NCBI GenBank assembly: GCA_965662895.1 | Contig: CBFIJH010000002.1 | Span: 1 to 64,000 of the forward strand | DNA from: Candidatus Poseidoniaceae archaeon | Lineage (GTDB): Archaea > Thermoplasmatota > Poseidoniia > Poseidoniales > Poseidoniaceae | Length of the DNA: 64,000 nucleotides | Direction of reading: 5' to 3' | In this document: one piece after another, positions 58,204-64,000 of the stretch | Layout: each line of letters starts with the position of its first letter | Numbering within the stretch: position 1 is the first letter of the stretch | Notes under the pieces: model-generated | What the model was told of the DNA's origin: nothing | Database searches by the model: none | The model's input: the letters and a program-made list of their open reading frames with translations, nothing else | Position numbers and translations under genes: made by a program

Positions 58204-59682
58204 CTAGTCAATAAATCCAAGCGTATCATCAAGCATATCCAAAGCGTCACTAAGCTCTGGTAGCTCTTCTGGGGCATTCCCCGTGCTTTCATGAACCTCT
58301 TGAATTTGAACAATCGGTTCGGGAAGAGGCGCGTCTTTTGAGAGCCAATTTTTCCATTGTTCGCTACGGCCTTCTCGTCGTGCATCCATTGTCATCCACA
58401 ATGCTTCAAGACGGTCGGGTTTGAGGAGTGGAAGATGTTTTGCAAAACGGTCTGGGTGGATTTCATCCATGCGCATCAGCAATTCGCGTAGACGAATCTG
58501 AACCACTTCATCACCATCGTTCCAAAGTGAGGCGATAATCTGCCGTTCATCGTTTGGATATGCCTCAACATAATCGCGTAGACTCAAAACAATGTTCCTT
58601 CGAACGATTGGAACGGCATGGTCGAGCAATGTCACAAGTCGGTCTGCCCAAACATTCTCATCGAGGAATTTCAAATCACCAACTGTCGCTGAAGCGGCAG
58701 CGAGGACACTCTCATCTTCATCGTTCAACATATCATCGAGAAACGGAACCGCTTCCCAGCCTGCTCTGCGGAAGATACGTGTGAGTACATCAGCCATACC
58801 GCGACGAATCAGCAACTCCTCGCGCTTATGCAATTTTTTTGCAACCTGGAGCCCCTGCTCTTGATCGTACTCCAATAAACGAGCAAGACATAGAATCACC
58901 TTGGATGCGACCTCTTCATGTTCATCGTTGGAAAGACGAATGAGGACATCAACCAACCCAAGTGGCTCGATGAGAGCGGGGCGTTCGAGGAGAAGTTTGA
59001 CCCATTCCATGAGAAGAAGGCGGCGGTCAAGTTCATCATTTTCCAAGCAATTCAACAACCAAACAGCTGCGTCAACTCCTGCCTCATGGGCAACCACAGA
59101 AGTTGTCCTTGGTACGACGGCATTTGGATTCCAGCCCAAATTTTGAGGACCATCCTCAGGTTGAGTATGCCATGTTCCTGGCCGTTCCGCCAATGCGATG
59201 GATTCAACCAGATGGTACCCTTGATGGACTGGTTGGCCGTAAGGCGTTGTTGCAAGCCCATTGATCAGTGCAACGGCAAGCCACCAGCGATCGGTATTCG
59301 GAGCGCTTGGATCAAAGGCTTGGGCGAGCCAATCGGTTGCGATACAGAACAGCATTCGTTGTGCAACATCATCCGTACGGCGTTGCAACCATTTCTGATG
59401 AACTTCAAACGGATCATCGCTCAAATTCATTCGATGCGGGACAATAAGATCAACAATTGTGGAAAGATGACGATCGAACATACCAGCATCAGCATGAAGC
59501 ATCGACAAACCTTGTGAGATCAAGTCTTGATCGCGCTCAGGACTTCGTGGAGGGAAATCAGGGTCGGTCATTGGAGGCGACGGAAGAGGCCAAATCTTTG
59601 TCCCATTCTCCAAAGCCTGCACCAATTGTGTCGCAACAACCTCGAATGTTGCTTTCGCAACCGCATCACGGCTCTTACCCAT
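58204..59682 (-). CDS. HEAT/ARM-repeat protein
   Basis: Repeated L..D....V units (LSNDEHEEVA, LNDEDESVL, LLDHAVPIVR, WNDGDEVVQ); downstream of tfb. Confidence 0.75.
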   Translation of the reverse strand: MGKSRDAVAKATFEVVATQLVQALENGTKIWPLPSPPMTDPDFPPRSPERDQDLISQGLSMLHADAGMFDRHLSTIVDLIVPHRMNLSDDPFEVHQKWLQRRTDDVAQRMLFCIATDWLAQAFDPSAPNTDRWWLAVALINGLATTPYGQPVHQGYHLVESIALAERPGTWHTQPEDGPQNLGWNPNAVVPRTTSVVAHEAGVDAAVWLLNCLENDELDRRLLLMEWVKLLLERPALIEPLGLVDVLIRLSNDEHEEVASKVILCLARLLEYDQEQGLQVAKKLHKREELLIRRGMADVLTRIFRRAGWEAVPFLDDMLNDEDESVLAAASATVGDLKFLDENVWADRLVTLLDHAVPIVRRNIVLSLRDYVEAYPNDERQIIASLWNDGDEVVQIRLRELLMRMDEIHPDRFAKHLPLLKPDRLEALWMTMDARREGRSEQWKNWLSKDAPLPEPIVQIQEVHESTGNAPEELPELSDALDMLDDTLGFID

Positions 59683-59699
59683 GAAGAACCCCCTTTTCC

Positions 59700-60626
59700 T
59701 CAAATGTCCAATTCGATGTTAAGGTTCTGAATCAATTCCTTGTAGCGATTGCGAATTGTAACTTCAGTAACTCCAGCGACTTCTGCAACTTCACGTTGCG
59801 TCCGGCGTTTGCCACACAGAACAGACGCGATGTAAATAATCGAAGCAGCAATACCTGTTGGACCACGCCCGCTTGTCAATTCTTTCTCTTGAGCGGCTTT
59901 GATTAATTCGTAGGCTTTTGCTTCAACTTCTGAATCCAATCCAAGTCCTGAACAGAATCGAGAAATGTAGTCTTCGGGTCCTGTAGGCATGATTTTCATC
60001 TTCAATTCACGAACCATGAATCGGTATGTTCGTCCGATTTCTTTTCGTCCGGTTCGAGAGGCTTGACCAATTTCGTCGAGTGTTCGAGGAACACCGCATT
60101 GACGACATGCTGCATAGAGCGATGCTGCTGCTACGCCCTCGATGGAACGGCCTCGTATGAGGCGCTTATCGACAGCTTTCTTGTAATTGACCGCTGCGGC
60201 CTCGCGAACGGTCTTTGGAAGCTCAAGACGACTTGCCATTCGGTCAAGTTCCGCGAGAGCCATGGCGAGGTTTCGTTCTGTAGCGTTGCTTACACGACTT
60301 CGCTTCTGCCACTTTCGCATTCGGTAAAATTGGGAGCGGTATCGGGAATTGATGGTTTTTCCAGAGTAATCTTTGTTCTGCCAATCAATGTCCGTTGAGA
60401 GACCTTTGTCGTGAAGCATAACTGTCATTGGCGCACCAGTACGAGCCCGTTGATCTCCTTGTTCTGGGGAGAACACTCGCCATTCTGCACCCTGATCAAT
60501 AACGTTGTCTTCTAAGACAAGTCCGCAATCGTCACAAGTGACTTCTCCGCGGGTTTCGTCTCTCGTCAGGCTTCGACCGCCACATTCCTGGCACTTTACA
60601 ATATCTTCAACTTGCTGATCATCCAT
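59700..60626 (-). CDS. tfb: Transcription initiation factor IIB
   Basis: CQEC...CDDCG zinc ribbon, [25 protein letters not shown] and [11 protein letters not shown]. Confidence 0.98.
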   Translation of the reverse strand: MDDQQVEDIVKCQECGGRSLTRDETRGEVTCDDCGLVLEDNVIDQGAEWRVFSPEQGDQRARTGAPMTVMLHDKGLSTDIDWQNKDYSGKTINSRYRSQFYRMRKWQKRSRVSNATERNLAMALAELDRMASRLELPKTVREAAAVNYKKAVDKRLIRGRSIEGVAAASLYAACRQCGVPRTLDEIGQASRTGRKEIGRTYRFMVRELKMKIMPTGPEDYISRFCSGLGLDSEVEAKAYELIKAAQEKELTSGRGPTGIAASIIYIASVLCGKRRTQREVAEVAGVTEVTIRNRYKELIQNLNIELDI

Positions 60627-60679
60627 AACTTCTCACCTCAAGAATATTGAGAAATAGTTATTTGAACGATTGGTAAGGT

Positions 60680-60700
60680 GTTTTTAAACCTTATTCCTCG
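60680..60700 (-). promoter_or_regulatory. Putative BRE/TATA box for tfb
   Basis: Minus strand reads GAGGAATAAGGTTTAAAAAC about 55-75 nt upstream of the ATG; GAGGTGAG RBS next to the start. Confidence 0.5.
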
Positions 60701-60776
60701 TTTTATTTCATCTGAGTGAGGCTCGGCCAGCGAATCGATTAAACATCAATGGCCCCTGAGGTGAATGGGGTTGAGG

Positions 60777-62762
60777 ATGCAAGGTACGCCAGATTCAATT
60801 TCGCTCACCCCCGGGAAGCGTGTCTTGTTTCTCACAAAAGACCTCGATTTGATTCGACAGCAACTGTATGATGGCCTTGATTTACGCATGGAAGATTTGC
60901 GCGTTGAAGACCTCCTCGATGATATCAACACCGATGTGATGACACCGGCATGGGTGTGTTTTGATCACGAGCCAGCAATGATTGCAAAAAATGCCTACGC
61001 AGGTCTTATGCACAACGGCCTTCGTGTTTTCAATGAAAACGCTCTCATCAACGGTGACTTTGAGGTCATTGTTTCAGGTCAAAGAAAAGGTACTGGTTCA
61101 AGCCGAGAAACCGCTGCACAGTGTGAGCGTTGGGCGGGCATACGTATTGTCATTGCTGCATCGTTTGCTCCAATTCATGAACGAAACAACATCAATCTTG
61201 GACAATTGATGGGCGACCATGACATGTTGAAGCGGTTGCAAAATGGGGAGTCGCTCGATCTCGATGAATTCACCTCGCAATATGATGAGGTGACGGGTTT
61301 AATTCTCAAATCTGGCGGTTTGTTTGAATTCTCAAAGCGGCTAAAAAATGGTGAAATCCAGTTGCCTGAATTACCGATGGGGCAGCGCCCAATGACCATG
61401 GCTGAAAAAATCATTGCACGAAATCTCGTAGGTCAGCCTGAAGGAGTTTGTGTCAAACCGGATGACCCGGTCATCGCCCAAGTCCAAGGTGGCTACTCTC
61501 ACGAGTTTACAACAGCTCAAGTCCATACGTTCTTGCAAGAAACATATGGCGAGGATTATCAACTGATGAACCCTCAAAAATTTGGAGTCTTTGAAGACCA
61601 TCTTTTGTACGCTCACCACAATCCAAAATTTGTGCCGTTCATGCATAAAGTCGAAACCTTGCGGACGTTGCAGAAAGCATTCCAAAAGCACACGGGTGTT
61701 CGTGACTATTCTGCTGTTGATGGCGTTTCTCCAGGTATTTGTCATCAAGTCGCACGAGAGGAATTCATCGAAGTATCCGACTTTATCCAAGCAACGGATT
61801 CACACACCTGCATGGGGGGCGCATCCAACGCACTCACGTGGGGAGTAGGTGCAACAGAATATGCAAATCTCGTCTCTGCAGGTTTCACGTTTGTTAAAGT
61901 CCCGGAATCCATCCGCTTCGAGCTCACAGGGTCGCTCAATGAGGGATGCACAGCAAAAGATGTGATTTTGCATATTCTTGCTGATCATGCAAGAAAGGAA
62001 TTGACGCTCAACCGATCGATGGAATTTGGTGGTCCTGGATTGAAAGCCCTATCAGCAGATGAACGAGCAACGCTGTGCAATATGGCAACAGAATGCTCTG
62101 CGCGTACAGGAATCTGTGAAGCGGACGAGGTTCTTTTCGAATGGATGGAGCACCGAATGCCGCACCTCGACATGGATGAGCAACGTCAAAGGGCCATAGC
62201 GCCCGATGAAGGGGCAAAATACCACGGAGGCGTTCATCATATCGACCTCTCTTCAATTCGGCCGATGGTCGCTCACCCGGGGAATCCTGATGAGGGAATC
62301 CCGAGCGATCCGACGAATGGGGCTTACATCGATGACATCGGGAACGTTCCAATCGACATTGCTTATGGGGGCTCCTGTACTGCAGGAAAAATTGACGACA
62401 TTGCATACTATGCTCAAGTCTGTCAAGCGGCGAAAGAGAAGGGGCTCTCAGTCAAGGAAGGGGTTGATTTCTACATCCAATACGGCTCAGGCATCGTCAA
62501 AGACGTTGCAGTAGCGAAGGGCTGGCATCAACTGTTCCTCGATGTTGGCGTAAAACTCATCGATCCAGGTTGCGGTGCTTGCATTGGAGCAGGCCCGGGC
62601 GTTTCGATGACGCCTGAACAGGTCACTGTTTCAGCGATTAACAGGAATTTCCAAGGCCGCTCCGGCCCCGGAAAGTTGTACCTCGCTAGCCCGCTTACCG
62701 TTGCAACAAGTGCTTTTTCTGGGGCAATTCGCTCATGGAATTCTGAATCGATTGGCGATTGA
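60777..62762 (+). CDS. Aconitase-family dehydratase, fused small (LeuD-like) then large (LeuC-like) subunit
   Basis: N-terminal DDINTD, GSSRE and SFAPIHERN; C-terminal TMAEKI, GICHQ, DSHT, GSCT, PGCGACIG and NRNFQGR. Confidence 0.9.
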   Translation: MQGTPDSISLTPGKRVLFLTKDLDLIRQQLYDGLDLRMEDLRVEDLLDDINTDVMTPAWVCFDHEPAMIAKNAYAGLMHNGLRVFNENALINGDFEVIVSGQRKGTGSSRETAAQCERWAGIRIVIAASFAPIHERNNINLGQLMGDHDMLKRLQNGESLDLDEFTSQYDEVTGLILKSGGLFEFSKRLKNGEIQLPELPMGQRPMTMAEKIIARNLVGQPEGVCVKPDDPVIAQVQGGYSHEFTTAQVHTFLQETYGEDYQLMNPQKFGVFEDHLLYAHHNPKFVPFMHKVETLRTLQKAFQKHTGVRDYSAVDGVSPGICHQVAREEFIEVSDFIQATDSHTCMGGASNALTWGVGATEYANLVSAGFTFVKVPESIRFELTGSLNEGCTAKDVILHILADHARKELTLNRSMEFGGPGLKALSADERATLCNMATECSARTGICEADEVLFEWMEHRMPHLDMDEQRQRAIAPDEGAKYHGGVHHIDLSSIRPMVAHPGNPDEGIPSDPTNGAYIDDIGNVPIDIAYGGSCTAGKIDDIAYYAQVCQAAKEKGLSVKEGVDFYIQYGSGIVKDVAVAKGWHQLFLDVGVKLIDPGCGACIGAGPGVSMTPEQVTVSAINRNFQGRSGPGKLYLASPLTVATSAFSGAIRSWNSESIGD

Positions 62763-62909
62763 GGCAATCAACGCGGGCGGTTTCGCTACCCAAACGAGGT
62801 GAAGTCGGTCCACAAGGGGCCGAAATATCAAGTAGCCTCGCCAACCGACTGCTGTTACCTGCTGGCCCAAAGTCTTGGACGGAGGAGGACCAGAGGTGGA
62901 TGTGTCAAG

Positions 62910-64000
62910 ATGAGCATTGCGGAAAAAATGGCAGCCAACCAGAAGCAAGTCGCTATTTCAGAGTTTTTTGAAAAGAACAAGCACTTCCTTGGTTATGATA
63001 CATTAACTCGGGCACTCATCACAGCAGTAAAGGAAGCTGTTGATAATGCACTGGATGCATGTGAGGAAGCGAGAATATTGCCCGAAATCATTGTAAAAAT
63101 TAGTAAAACGGACAGCAAGAAAAACATTCTACAAGTTGAGGTCGAGGACAATGGCCCTGGTATTCCTAGGGGAAGTATCGAAAAGGTGTTCGGGCAATTA
63201 TTGTTCGGATCACGATTCCATGCCATTCGCCAGTCACGCGGCCAACAAGGTATCGGGATTACCGGCGTAGTTATGTATGCTCAACTCACAACGGGCGATC
63301 CTACCCATGTCGAGTCGAAAATTGCCAAAGAAGCAACAGCTGTTTCTGTTGATATTGGTCTCGATACGAGAAAGAACAAAGCCATCAAATCAAATCAAGA
63401 TCGCATCGATTGGGGAGAGAAGGTTCACGGCCTACGGATCAAAACGGAGATGAAAGCAAAATATCAACGTGGACGACAATCTGTATGGCAGTACCTACGG
63501 ATGACGAGTATTGTCAATCCGCATGCTGATATTGTATTCATCGATCCTGATGGAGAACGGCACCACTGGCAACGCGTAACTGAACGACTCCCTGGACGCG
63601 TTGAGGCGATTAAACCACATCCTAAGGGAATTCAATTAGGACAACTGCAACGGCTTTGTTCAGAATCCTCCGAATCAAGAATGACAACCTTCCTTCGACG
63701 TACTTTTTCTGGCGTTTCTGGACGGGCGGCAAAGGAGCTTTGCGAAGTTGCAGAACTCGAGGAGAAACAGAAACCAAAATCACTTTCTTCTCACCAGGTA
63801 CGTTCTTTACTCGAGGCTTTCCAAGGAGAGAGGATGCTAAAAGGGAAACCGGTCAAATTACTGAATCCTCCTACATCGTGTTTGTCTCCAATTGAAGAAT
63901 TACTAATCAAGAAGGGGTTATCCAAAACCATCGATTCAAAGTTCGTCACCACGATGACTCGTGCACCGAGTGTAACCCAAGGAAATCCATTCCAAGTCGA
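62910..64000 (+). CDS. top6B: DNA topoisomerase VI subunit B (3' end runs off the window)
   Basis: Not in the ORF track. Manual translation gives MSIAEKMAANQKQVAISEFFEKNKHFLGYD...KEAVDNALDACEE...VEDNGPGIP...FGQLLFGSRFH...QSRGQQGIGI. Confidence 0.96.
   Translation, partial: MSIAEKMAANQKQVAISEFFEKNKHFLGYDTLTRALITAVKEAVDNALDACEEARILPEIIVKISKTDSKKNILQVEVEDNGPGIPRGSIEKVFGQLLFGSRFHAIRQSRGQQGIGITGVVMYAQLTTGDPTHVESKIAKEATAVSVDIGLDTRKNKAIKSNQDRIDWGEKVHGLRIKTEMKAKYQRGRQSVWQYLRMTSIVNPHADIVFIDPDGERHHWQRVTERLPGRVEAIKPHPKGIQLGQLQRLCSESSESRMTTFLRRTFSGVSGRAAKELCEVAELEEKQKPKSLSSHQVRSLLEAFQGERMLKGKPVKLLNPPTSCLSPIEELLIKKGLSKTIDSKFVTTMTRAPSVTQGNPFQV

Noticed and set aside
1-64000. tRNA, rRNA or CRISPR loci
   Set aside because: No cloverleaf, rRNA-like or repeat-spacer pattern was recognised by eye in the short intergenic gaps; tRNAscan-SE and Infernal would be needed to exclude them formally.

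Overview
Gene-dense 64 kb archaeal chromosomal segment with about 62 CDS and short or overlapping intergenic spaces. Archaeal markers (TFB, topoisomerase VI B, FEN1, phosphopantothenate synthetase, type II MetAP) are mixed with bacterial-type genes (homodimeric aceE, fumC, xth, RNase HI, FeS-type photolyase, gcvH). This mix, the GGAGG/GAGGTG ribosome-binding sites and the acidic and proline-rich proteins suggest Marine Group II Euryarchaeota (Poseidoniales); that assignment is inference only. I recognised no rRNA, tRNA, CRISPR array or mobile element. The standout locus (36.6-49.3 kb) is a greatly enlarged phosphate ABC system. It has two divergently transcribed PhoU-family regulators and a lipoprotein made of three tandem PstS domains. 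PstC (813 aa) and PstA (1275 aa) carry very large acidic extracytoplasmic inserts with DxDxDG Ca-binding-type repeats plus extra membrane helices, and PstB has an N-terminal TerB-like/acidic extension. A 10-bp-phased T(A/G)TAG motif lies in the promoter and recurs before pstC, and tandem hairpins follow pstS. Other oddities are a ribbon-helix-helix-fumarase fusion next to DNA-repair genes, a LeuD-LeuC swapped fusion, an orphan N6-methyltransferase behind a TerB pair, and a codon-scrambled (GPPS)19 repeat.
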